Source of the DNA: Pecten maximus
Lineage: Eukaryota
Direction: 5' to 3'
Assembly (NCBI RefSeq): GCF_902652985.1
Contig: NC_047031.1
Coordinates: forward strand, 29,140,001-29,204,000
DNA: 64,000 nucleotides
Positions 39,640-51,701 of the stretch are shown piece by piece; the stretch's first letter is position 1, and every line of letters starts with the position of its first letter. Below the pieces are notes generated by a model that was not told the origin of the DNA, did not search any database, and saw only the letters and a list, made by a program, of their open reading frames with translations. Both the position numbers and the translations under genes were made by a program.

Positions 39640-42600
39640 AGTGTCATTTCGTATAATAAGATTATCGCAATGTGCTTAATAACATACAAAAAAACTAAAA
39701 CAAAAAAAAATAGTTGAGAAGTATTGTCAAGATTTGGGTGTTGTCTGTAAAAGTTTATCCCATTTTTTCCATCTATTATGAAATGTTTCTATATTTCCCT
39801 TATCTTTACCAATAAAAACATATTTTTGAATATTGTAATTATCTCTAATAGTAAGTTTCAGTGCTTGTACTGATAGAATTTGTTGTAAACATCTTGTTCT
39901 ATTGATGTACTGCTTCATAATGAGTAATACACGATTATCTGTTTTATAATATACATTTTTCTTGTTTCTCATGCCAAAAATGAAAGTTTCTTTATTGAAA
40001 GTAAATGGAATCAACAGCGTATCTAGCAAAAATTCAAAGTTATCAAAAATCACTGTACTTCTTCGCATTCCCATAATAGATGTACAATTGTTTCTGATTC
40101 TATTTTACAGAAGAAGCAGATTGGACTACCAGTCAATCCGATTTTGAATAAATATGAATTAGTGGTTAATATGAATGAAGGCAAAGCCTTGGAAGAGCAC
40201 AGCTAATCTAATTGTCACTTGTATACGTGTATATATGTTTATGTAATATATATGTAAATCTTTTCATTATATTAGCAGATTTATGAAAATCACAAGGCAC
40301 TGATAAGTCATCAAAAGGCCTTATTATATATAACAAGAATTATACAGAATTATATATCTCATTTTTCCCGCTTTATCAATAACATCTTTCAATTTATGGA
40401 GTAGTGTTCAAGTAATTAAATAATATCAGTAACCAGTGTTCAGCGAGACATTGAGATAGGGTGAAAACTGAACTCTAATGAAAATTCTCAAAATTCAGTT
40501 TTGAGGCCAAAATATGTGAATCTGTAAAGACATTTAAGTTTCAATTAGATTAATATTGCTTTTATAACACAGTTTATAGTGAATCTGAACATAACTTCAC
40601 AAAATTCCCTGTTAGTATTTTTATTTTACCCAAAAATAGGTGAACCTGGAAAAAAATCCTCTAAATGATGGATAGGTGCATGTACAGTATAGGTGCATGT
40701 ACAACAGTATAGGTGCATGTACAACAGTACACTGTATATATATCAGTACCCTCACCAGTTTCAATTCAATCTAGATCTGACAGCATGCAACTCAATAACA
40801 CTGTCAAATGTGGACTTTAAACAAATATTGACGCCACTGCTATTAAATATTTGTAGTGATGGTTGTAAACTCGCTTTTATTTGATAAATTAATTGAACAA
40901 ATTAAATAAGGCCAAAAAGTGTGATTTCTGTATATGAATTAAATAATTATTTCTATAACCCATCCCTATAGGGTAATAGAACAGGATACCCTGTGGTAAA
41001 AAAAAAAAAAATCTAATATTTTGAAAAGTACCTTAATCAAGTCTCTTTCATCCATGAAGGATGTTTGATTTCTTCATATCTGGAAGTTTAGAAGTTTCGT
41101 CAATTTTACGCTTTTTGGTCCCACTACTCAGGCCACTGTGGATCAGTCATAGTGCCAATATATATATATACATATACATATTTAATCGATTCACAAAGTT
41201 TCTACAAGTTTTATTCTACATATATGTATATACACATGTACATAAATATATAAACATATACTATTGCACAGATATCCCATTCTGATACTTATATTAAAGT
41301 TTGTGTTATTTCCAATAGCAATATTCAATATAATTTCTGTTTTTGTATTGAGTTAACTAATAACACGGGTCCCCTCATCTTAAAAAAACCAAACTACAGA
41401 CCCGAGGTGCATTAAATTATATCAATTTTAAAGGACTTGAATTGAAGATCCTTCTACCATGTGTAATATTTGATTCTACCATATATTTGGAATGGAATAT
41501 AGAACATTTTGAACTGTTATTCAGTCACTTCAACTCATTTTTGGGCAAGACCGCTTTGGACGAGGACATGTACTTATATTTATAACATATGATTTGAAGA
41601 TCTGTTTATAGAGAACTTTTAAAAGAAATTCACTTAACAGTTAACATTGTGAGCTTTTAAAAATAAAATATGAATCAACTTTGGGATTACATCAGTATAT
41701 AATTATAATGTTCTGTCAATTTTGTAATATCTGGTTGAAAGTTTAAATTTAGTTATTTATGTCAAAGTTTTTCGAGTTGTCAAACTTTGAATTATCTTAT
41801 ATATATTTTATTACTATAAAAACAAAGATTTTGACTTGGACCAGTGAGATACTTTAATTTATAATCAGTGTTTTTGAGTTATCATAGTTCGAGATAATTA
41901 ATTTTGATTGTAAGTACATGTATTCTCTTGTCTCCACTAAAACAGAATTTGTAGCAAATTTAAGTTAAACCTACTAAGAGTCAACACCATAGACAATTAC
42001 TCTCCTTTTGTAATTATGATTAATTACAAAATAATTATAGAAATTCTATAATCTTCTAGGCTTTGGAAATTAACAGCAGTTGTTTATAAGGTTTAAATCA
42101 TATTACACTGTACATTTACATGTGTTCATAAACATTGTAATACATTTGGTTTAAATTTGGTTTACTTCATTTAAAGGGTGATTCCATCATTAGTTTAAAT
42201 TCAAAGGTTAGGTCATCAAAATTAAACTTATTGGAAAATATGATTTTTTCCCAAATAGTAAATCTTCGAATCTTTAATTTACATAAATCAAACAGTTTGA
42301 CTCGCAGGGTAATTAACACAAGTTCTCCAAATTCTAAGTCCTAAAATTCTTTATTCCTACCAAAATATCACTTTTTACTTGAAAGCCAGTCAGTATTTTT
42401 GTAGGATTCATCATTTTTCTGTACATTTTGGCATTGATTTATTTCCCTGTTCAAAAGTGGATTTCATCAGTAAAAAATGTACATGGTTCTGATATCTGAA
42501 AGAAGGAATGTCCCTCTAAATTGAGTCTCATTATATAATTAACAGCCAGGGTCATTTAAGAACATGCCAGGCATTGGAGAAGTGTTGGAAATTCAAACAC

Positions 42601-45600
42601 CTAATTAGAACACACACAATGAAACAGTCCTTGTATGTTTTGACATTGAGTACAAAAGATTGTTTTAAATTTCCTTTTTATTAATTTCAGGCAATATTTT
42701 GTGAAATAAACAGTTACTATACTTAGCAATAGAAATCTGATCTATAATACTCTCAACAGTATAATATGACAATTATTTCATAAACATTGCAAAGAATTAT
42801 TTTTCAGATAAATTTCATTTAAAATTCAATCATTATTCTTGGTACAACCTACATATGTGCCATGTTGATCTATGTTTATTTCTGCTGACTAATGTAGACT
42901 AACTACACATGTACTAAGCCTGCATTTCATAGATGATGAAAAAATATAGGGTTATCACATGGGCTTTATATACTATACTAGAATCTAGACTCGGGCATTT
43001 TAAATGGTTACTAGCCCCATGTGCTGTAATATAACCTTCTAATTATAATAAACAATGCGAGTCAGACACATCGTATCATCTGTAACTAACAATAAAAAAG
43101 CTGGGACGTAACCGATAGGCACTTGTTTCCTATGCATATGCCTAGCCTAGTTGTCTTTCGGCATGTTATTGTTTACAATGTAAATCAAGTGCCTGTCATA
43201 AGCCTAACGTTAACGCTGAGAAAATAAATCGACAAGGCGGCCTAAATATTTACGATAGAATCGATCATAACACAGTGTTATCGGCAAATGCCTACCTTTG
43301 ATCAGATCAGACTGGAACCACATACAAAATTAATTACAAGGACCCTATACTGAGTTTAATTCCAACGTATTCGCATGTCTTGTTGTGTACAATGTATCTA
43401 AGTTTTTATTAAACCAGATGAGTGTTTTCATTATTGAAAAATTCATATTCACTGAAAAAGTCTCTTCTTTCTCTTTAAGGCATCCCCTGGATTTGAACAC
43501 ATCTTTTCAAAATTTGTTTTTGCATTTCATTTCACATTTTCTTATGTATCCACAATTAGCTAACATACCTATATCAATACTTCTGCCTAAGATTAGTTGC
43601 CATTTACTTGCTTTAGAGTATAACCTTCTAATCTATGATAATTTTAGCGCCTTTATAAAAGATTATATATCAAGCATTTTCAAACCCCCTTTCTGTATAG
43701 TCTTTTATAATAATGTCCCTTTTCACCTTATCTACTTTACTATAAAAATGTGGTTAAATTGTGATACCAAAAGAGATTTAATAATATGTATTTTACCAAT
43801 AGGAGTAAGCATCCTTTTATTCCAATTATTCAAAAGAGATTTAAGTTTAACCAATTTCTTGTCAAAGTTCATTTTAGTCATTTTATGTAAATCTATATGG
43901 AAGTCAATACCCAATATGTTAGATTATTGGTTTCCCCAACGTTGGTTCCATTCTGGGCAAAATTGTTCTTCACTATATTTCATGCTACCTATCCATATTA
44001 CTTCTGTCTTGCTTTTACTTATTTTTAACCCAGATATATCTGCATATCCTTTTAACTCATCCAATGTCTCTCTAAATGAATTTCTAGATCCATCAAGGAT
44101 ACCTGAGGTTTCATCTGCATATTGAGATAACAGTAATGGAGTATCTTCTATATTTATTCCTTTAATATTATCATTATTTCTTATTCTAATTGCTAGGACT
44201 TCAGCACATAAAATGAATAAATATGGAGATATAGGGTCACCTTGTCGACATCCACGTTTAATATAAAAAAATGAAGATAAATTGCCCCCCTGATTAACAG
44301 ATGAATTTGAACCATTTTGAAACATATGAACCCAGTTCTTTATATGTTCCCCAAAGTTAAAAAAACAAGCACTTTATCAATAAAATCCCAATTAACCGAG
44401 TCAAAGGCTTTTTCAAAATCTTTTGTAATATTCCAGGAATGTCATTCTCTTCTGCATAGTGCATAATATCATATAACTCTAGTGTTTTCACTTACATACC
44501 TACCTGAAATAAAACCAGACTGATCAGTATTGATAAGTTTATCTAATACTTTTCTTATTCTATTTGCAATTGAACCTGAAGCAATTTTATAAATTGTATT
44601 CAGAAGTGAAATGGGTCTCCAATTCTTCAAGTATTGTCTTGACTTATCTCCCTTTGGTAACCATGTTATGATTCCCGGTTTTTGTGTAACAGATACATTT
44701 TAATATCAAATCCATATTGAATTGATCTAACTACAAAATGACCTAATTGTTTCCAAAAACATTTAAATAATTCTACTGTGAAGCCATCAGATCCTGGACT
44801 TTATTATTTTTCATATTTTTTAGAGTTTGAGATGCTTCACTTAAAGTAATGTTACCCTCTAAACTGTTTGTTTCTATAAAATTGAATTTTGATGTATTAT
44901 TTACATTAAGATATTCATTCAAATTTATATTTTGCAATAATTGGAAATTATTGTCTTCTGAATACAATCTTTCATAATATTTCTGCACTTCATTTCATCT
45001 TGATTCATGATTATTTCTCCATCATCTTTTTCTATGACTGGTATAATTTTTGTAACGAAATTCCTATTTTCTAAATTGAAAAAATACCTGGTAGGTTTTT
45101 CAACTTCTTCAACTCATTTTACTTTAGACCTCAAAATGTTCCCTTTAAGCTTATACTTTCTAATTGATTCTAATTCTTTTTGGCAGGCCTCTAATTCTTC
45201 TAAATTTTACCTCCTCTTGAGCTTCTATTTTTATAATTTTTACCTCAGATGTTGCTCTTGATTATTTCTTTTGTTTTTTCTTAAAAGACGCATATGAAAT
45301 GGCTTTCCCTCTAATTTCTTAAAAGAGTTGATCATTTATTGTAAACTGAATATCTTGGTTTGGAATATCATCTAAACTATTCAGATTATAGATAGGCACA
45401 ACATATTGTGCTTTTACATCTAGAATATGTTTATTAATTAATTTCAAATAATCATGAAGTAAGGAATTGTTGAATTTCCATAGCCCTTTGCCTTTCTTGT
45501 ATTCATTAAATTTTAGTGTAATACATGGAATGGAGTGATCAGATCTATAGCCTGGGTCAATATTTGCTTTTTGTATACAAGATAAAAGGTTCTCAGAAAT

Positions 45601-48600
45601 TAAAAAAAAGTCTAATCTTGCTTTATTGGACTTCTTCTCCTCCATGTGTATCTTTTACTATCTGGGTGGTGTTCTCTATATATGTCAATAAGCTCCAGTT
45701 CCTCTATTATTTCAATAACTCTTTCTCTCGCTCTAGGGTTGTTAACTTGCCTATAATTATCACAGTCCAAATCAGGATTCAATACTAAATTAAAATCTCC
45801 ACAGATAATAAATGAATCATTATTGAACTCTGATATAGTATCTACAACCTTATCATAAAAAATAAGTGTATCTAAATTTAGGCCATATATAGTAACAAGG
45901 GTAAATCTCTTTTCATCTGTGATAATATCTAGCGCTAAACAATTGCCATCTGGACTTTTCTTTTCTTTTATAACTTCAAAATTATTATTGAGTAAGATTG
46001 CACCCCCCTTGAATTAGAGTTAAAAGAACTAAAGTAACAGGAGTAGCCCCATTCTGCTCTAATAATATTTTCTTGTATCTTGTCTTGTATACAATAAATA
46101 TTAAAGTTCATGTCCCTCTATTATGCGAATACATCCTTACGTTTATTTCTATCATCCAACCCTTGACAATTAGCAGTTAGAATTCGGATTCCTTCCATAA
46201 TAGGTTCCACATGGTGACAGAGTGTATATTGATATTGCTGGCACTGCTTACCGGTCTGATACTTGATAATAGTCAGAAATCAGGAATATTTAACTTCTGC
46301 CAGTGATAATCCATATTTGAAGCCTTGCATCAAATCCGCATTTAAGACGTGTTGTGTAGCAATAATCGTAAATTCTGACGGTACTCTATAATTACGTGTC
46401 TATAAAAAAGCCTATCTAACCATGGCTCGGTTTGTGAGTTTTCCCGAATAAATTTAGGAGACAGAATATTACATTTCTGTTGTATTTGATCAAATTTTGA
46501 TACAACCGTTACCCTCATAATACCATAAAAATTGCCGCAGACAAATGACCAAGATATTCTAAACATATAAAACAACCCATAGTCTATTCTGATTCCTCGC
46601 ATCATTGTTTTCGGTTATCTAAAAAGAGAAACCGGGAGATTACTTTTAGCTGTCACTTTTTCGATTTTAAATTTCTTTAGTTCACTTATAGCAAATAATT
46701 TGAAATCATCTTTAAAAAACGAACAACACTCAATTCAATCTGCAATAAGTAAATGCTGCGTTCCGATTGCGACAATGTCGCATTCGTCCTTCTGTAGACA
46801 ATTCTTTCAGAAACGTCGCATTTATTTATATAAAAGAATGTAAAACAGGCCCAGAGTATTATTAATTGGGATTTGTCGTCCTCTTATCAATTAAGATCGT
46901 ACCTTGGGGCCAACGACTGACGCTTTGAGTATCATCACATTGTTACAATCAACCTCGGACACCGTCTGCACCTTATCTTAGTCGTGTTGTGAATGTAAAA
47001 CCCCCAGTAAACGAATTTAAAAAAAATTGCATTCACTCTTCCATAGTGTTTTACGTTTACCTTTATATGCACTAGGCCTAATCGAAATGTTCTGTTTTAG
47101 GAGGAGTAGACAACATTGCGAAATAGAAGAGTTGAGACAGAAGGTATGATACAGTAGGAATCAATTCTTCATTAAGTTGTGTAACACCCGATGTTATCTG
47201 ATAAAGAATCTGTCATTATTCCTATAGATTTGTACTGTAACCATCTTTATCTGTCCCAAGTAAAGTAAGCTTCACCCTGAGAAGGTTTAGTTATGTTGAA
47301 TTTAAAGTCAATGCAATTTTCAATAAAATTCAGGCACAAAGTCAGAATAATTGTACGCAACATATAATTTCCTACTTGTGGAAATTTAGATATAGATCGA
47401 TTTCCATTTAATTTGGTAAAAGGAGGCGTTAGGGGACTGCAAGTTCAACTGTATGGGTCTTTTGTCTTAGGAACCACACATTCTTTTTATTGGTCGAAAC
47501 TTAGAAATATTGAGCGGTTTTGATGAAAACTGTTGAAACAGAGTTATCGCCCCTCACTACGCTTCATTCCTTCTGTGACATCCTTCAGGTGTCACCTCAC
47601 TAGTATTATACTCCTAATAGAAGGACTATAACGCATTTAAATGATTTTCTTTCAGCAACATATATGCCCGTACGGACATCACCATTCATCATGGAATGAC
47701 TCGAAGGAATGTACCGAAATGCAAGTTTAAATATTTTTACACGTTAAGATAGAAAAATATTCTGAGATATTTGCACGATGTAAAAAAGCAATTCGCGATT
47801 TCTATTTATATTCAATTAGTGATGTGCATATGTTTGTCAAAGTTTGGCTTCGCAATTCAAGATGGAAAATCCGAGGACAAAATGTCTGATACTTGATAAT
47901 AGCCAGAAATCAGGAATATTTAACTTTGCCAGTGATAATCCATATTTGAAGTCTTGCTTCAAATTCTGCAGCTAAATATGTGTTGTGTAGCAATAATCGT
48001 AAATTCTTCTGGTACCTATAATTACGTCTCTGCAAAAAGACTATCTAACAAGGCTCGGTTTGTGATTTTTCCCGAATGAATTTAGGAGACAGAATATTAC
48101 ATTTCTGTTGTATTTAATCAAATTTTGATACTACCGTTACCTTCACAATACCATAAAAATTGCCACAGACAAATGTTGGCGTTATAACCAAGATATTCTG
48201 TACATATAAAACAACCCATAGTCTATTCTGATTCCTCGCATCATTGTTTTCGGTTATCTAAAAAGAGAAACCGGGAGATTACTTTTAGCTGTCACTTTTT
48301 CGATTTTAAATTTCTTTAGTTCACTTACAGAAAATAATTTGAAATCATCTTTAAAAAAACGAACAACACTCAATTCAATCTGCAATAAGTAAATGCTGCG
48401 TTCCGATTGCGACAATGTCGCATTCGTCCTTCTGTAGACAATTTTTTCAGAAACGGCCCCTTTATTTATATAAAAGAATGTAAAACAGGCCCAGAGTATT
48501 TTTAATTGGGATTTGTCGTCCTCTAACCAATTAAGATCGTACCTTGGGGCCAACGACTGACGCTTTGAGTATCATCACATTGTTACAATCAACCTCGGAC

Positions 48601-51600
48601 ACCGTCTGCACCTTATCTTAGTCGTGTTGTGAATGTAAAACCCCCAGTAAACGAATTAAAAAAAATTGCATTCACTCTTCCATAGTGTTTTACGTTTAAT
48701 GTCATATGCACTAGGCCTAATCGAAATGTTCTGTTTCAGGAGGAGAAGCCATGATCTCAAAATGGAGGAGATGAGACTGAAGGTATGAAAGCAATCAATT
48801 CTTCATTTAGTTGTGTAACACCCGATGTTATCTGATAAAGAGTCTGTCATTATTCCTATAGATTTGTACTGTAACCATCTTTAACTGTCCCAAGTAAAGT
48901 AAGCTTCACCCTGAGAAGGTTTAGTTATGTTGAATTTAAAGTCAATGCAATTTTCAATGAAATTCAGGCACAAAGTCAGAATAATTGTACGCAACATATA
49001 ATTTCCTACTTGTGGAAATTTAGATATAGATCGATTCCCATTTAATTTGGTAAAAGGAGGCGTTAGGGGACTGCAAGTTCAACTGTATGGGTCTTTTGTC
49101 TTAGGAACCACACATTCTTTTTATTGGTCGAAACTTAGAAATATTGAGCGGTTTTGATGAAAACTGCTGAAACAGAGTTATCGCCCCTCACTACGCTTAA
49201 TTCCTTCGGTGACATCCTTCAGGTGTCACCTCACTAGTATTATACGGTTAATAGAAGGACTATAACGCATTTAAATGATTTACTTTCAGAATAATAAATG
49301 CCAATTCGGACATCACCATTCGTCATGGAATGACTTGAAGGAATGTGAAGAAATGCAAGTTTAAATATTTTTACACGTAAAAATAGATAAATATTCAGAG
49401 ATATTTGCACCATGTAAAAAATCAATTCGCGATTTCTATTTATATTCAATTAGTAATGTGCATATGTGTGTCAAAGTTTGGCTTCGAAATTCAAGATGGA
49501 AAATCCGAGGACAAAATGTCTGATACTTGATAATAGCCAGAAATCAGGAATATTTAACTTTGCCAGTGATAATCCATATTTGAAGCCTTGCTTCAAATTC
49601 CGCAGTTAAATGTGTGTTTTGTTGCAATAATCGTAAATTCTTCTGGTACTTTATAATTACGTCTCTGCAAAAAGACTATCTAACAAGGCTCGGTTTATGA
49701 TTTTTCCAGAATAAATTTAGGAGACAGAATATTACATTTCTGTTGTATTTAATCAAATTTTGATACTACCGTTACCTTCACAATACCATAAAAATTGCCG
49801 CAGACAAATGACCAAGATATTCTAAACATATAAAACAACCCATAGTCTATTCTGATTCCTCGCATCATTGTTTTCGGTTATCTAAAAAGAGAAACCGGGA
49901 GATTACTTTTAGCTGTCACTTTTTCGATTTTAAATTTCTTTAGTTCACTTATAGCAAATAATTTGAAATCATCTTTAAAAAACGAACAACACTCAATTCA
50001 ATCTGCAATAAGTAAATGCTGCGTTCCGATTGCGACAATGTCGCATTCGTCCTTCTGTAGACAATTCTTTCAGAAACGTCGCATTTATTTATATAAAAGA
50101 ATGTAAAACAGGCCCAGAGTATTATTAATTGGGATTTGTCGTCCTCTTATCAATTAAGATCGTACCTTGGGGCCAACGACTGACGCTTTGAGTATCATCA
50201 CATTGTTACAATCAACCTCGGACACCGTCTGCACCTTATCTTAGTCGTGTTGTGAATGTAAAACCCCCAGTAAACGAATTTAAAAAAAATTGCATTCACT
50301 CTTCCATAGTGTTTTACGTTTACCTTTATATGCACTAGGCCTAATCGAAATGTTCTGTTTTAGGAGGAGTAGACAACATTGCGAAATAGAAGAGTTGAGA
50401 CAGAAGGTATGATACAGTAGCAATCAATTCTTCATTAAGTTGTGTTACACCCGATGTTATCTGATAAAGAATCTGTCATTATTCCTATAGATTTGTACTG
50501 TAACCATCTTTATCTGTCCCAAGTAAAGTAAGCTTCACCCTGATGAGGATCAGTTATGTTGAATTTAAAGTCAATGCAATTTTCAATAAACTTCAGGCAC
50601 AAAGTCAGAATAATTGTACGCAACATATAATTTCCTACTTATTAATATATCCCCACAATCTCATCGAAATTAATCTACATGTGATTTTGACCTTTAACAG
50701 TACTAAATACCCTCACGCAATCCAACATACAGCTATATGGTCGCAAAACGCACCAAAAGCAAATCTACGAAGCGCGCGTCTCGCACATTTGTGCGGGTTA
50801 AGATCGGTTCATCATATTACTAAATGACAAAATGCGGAAAATGTCAACAAATCTCCATTCATCTAATTTTTCATGGAAAAAAATAACAATGACAAGCTCG
50901 TATGGATCAGTCTTGTTCTATGTTTTCTGTTGCAGAGGACGTACACATGTAGTCTCGGTCATTCACACAGCAGTGTGGAAGAGCTTAACGCTTGTCACAA
51001 TAAGTAAGTGACAGCAAAATTGTAACTTTCTACCTCAGTTATCTCCAATACTGTTAATCGTTTAATTGATATTAATGATCGGAGGGACCATCGATTATTT
51101 TACATGTATCAAAACACAACTGGAATCTGCATTTTTCTTTAATATCCATTTTGATACATTGAAATGCATGTATTCGAATATGAATGCTATTACCTATATT
51201 GCCATTTGTATCTTTCCACAGCAAGCTGCAATCTGAATATCTCGAACGCTTTGCCAAATTGCCGAGGTATGCACGATCACTCCATACAAATAAATCACTC
51301 CCAACTATTAAGGTTATTATCAATCCATGTTGCTGTAGCAACTGAAATTTAATCTCTCGCGTCTTAAGATATCTTATATTTAAAGTTAATTTAGAGAAAA
51401 ATAATTAGGATAAAAACATGTACTAGACACGGTCAGTTGATGCTTACGATTATATCTACATTTCTGTTTTTCCCCTTGCAGTGGTGATGTCGCCAAAGGT
51501 AAGACTGCATCTCATTCTTAGTTTTTAGGTTCAGTTTTCAATACGTTTAGAATAGTACTATGAATCTAAAAACAAGATAATAATTTGAAATCTTTACAGT

Positions 51601-51701
51601 TTGTTTTATTATGCCAATTTGTAATGATAATGGTTTTTTTTATAGGTTTCCCGGCACTTCTTCCTGCCAAAACAAGGTATTTGATAGAGTACCCTAAATA
51701 A
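38118..51701 (+). CDS. Uncharacterised ~194-aa micro-exon-encoded repeat protein: N-terminal MGNKHS plus five C-x2-G-H-x-H-S-S-x2-[DE]-x3-C motifs with charged helical linkers
   Basis: Exons 38118-38188, 38949-38997, 39242-39306, 47101-47143, 47656-47720, 48740-48782, 49290-49354, 50364-50406, 50936-51003, 51482-51498, 51646-51701. All have pyrimidine-rich AG acceptors, compatible phases and no stops. Donors are GT except GC at 47721 and 49355. The last exon is uncertain (possible donor at 51677 to an exon near 53064-53125). Confidence 0.72.
39490..39640. repeat. Compound microsatellite (ATC)n/(CTC)n/(ACC)n/(AG)n
   Basis: Directly visible. Confidence 0.95.
39700..40078 (-). mobile_element. 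3' end of an L1/Tx1-type ORF2
   Basis: ORF 39727-40074 ...LLIMKQYINRTRC...FHNRWKKW, typical of a Tx1 C-terminus. Confidence 0.7.
40111..40147 (+). CDS. Candidate alternative terminal exon of the same gene (IRSRLDYQSIRF*; 73-aa two-motif isoform)
   Basis: tattttacag acceptor, phase 2 matching exon 39242-39306, RSR start like the linker exons, aataaa overlapping the stop. Confidence 0.45.
43440..46197 (-). mobile_element. L1/Tx1-type LINE ORF2 (APE endonuclease + RT), heavily disabled
   Basis: MEGIRILTANCQGL start at 46197, ICGDFN, RLDFFL...SDH, KNWRPISLLN, GCRQGDPISPYLF, SQYADET. Confidence 0.9.
46255..50640 (+). repeat. ~1.63-kb tandem repeat, ~2.7 units, each full unit carrying two coding micro-exons
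   Basis: tctgatacttgataatag at 46255, 47885 and 49519; homologous segment also at 39219-39460. Confidence 0.95.

Noticed and set aside
39362-39717. Poly-His/Ile/ER ORFs
   Set aside because: Translations of microsatellites
43385-44125. 246-aa hydrophobic + strand ORF
   Set aside because: Antisense to the AT-rich L1/Tx1 RT; no independent gene signals
46342-48553. Minus-strand ORFs in the tandem units (46342-46605, 48254-48553)
   Set aside because: Not preserved across units and no recognisable motifs
47101-50406. Mutually exclusive (Dscam-like) exon cluster
   Set aside because: Complementary phase 0->2 exons lie between the 43-nt exons, so serial in-frame splicing explains them
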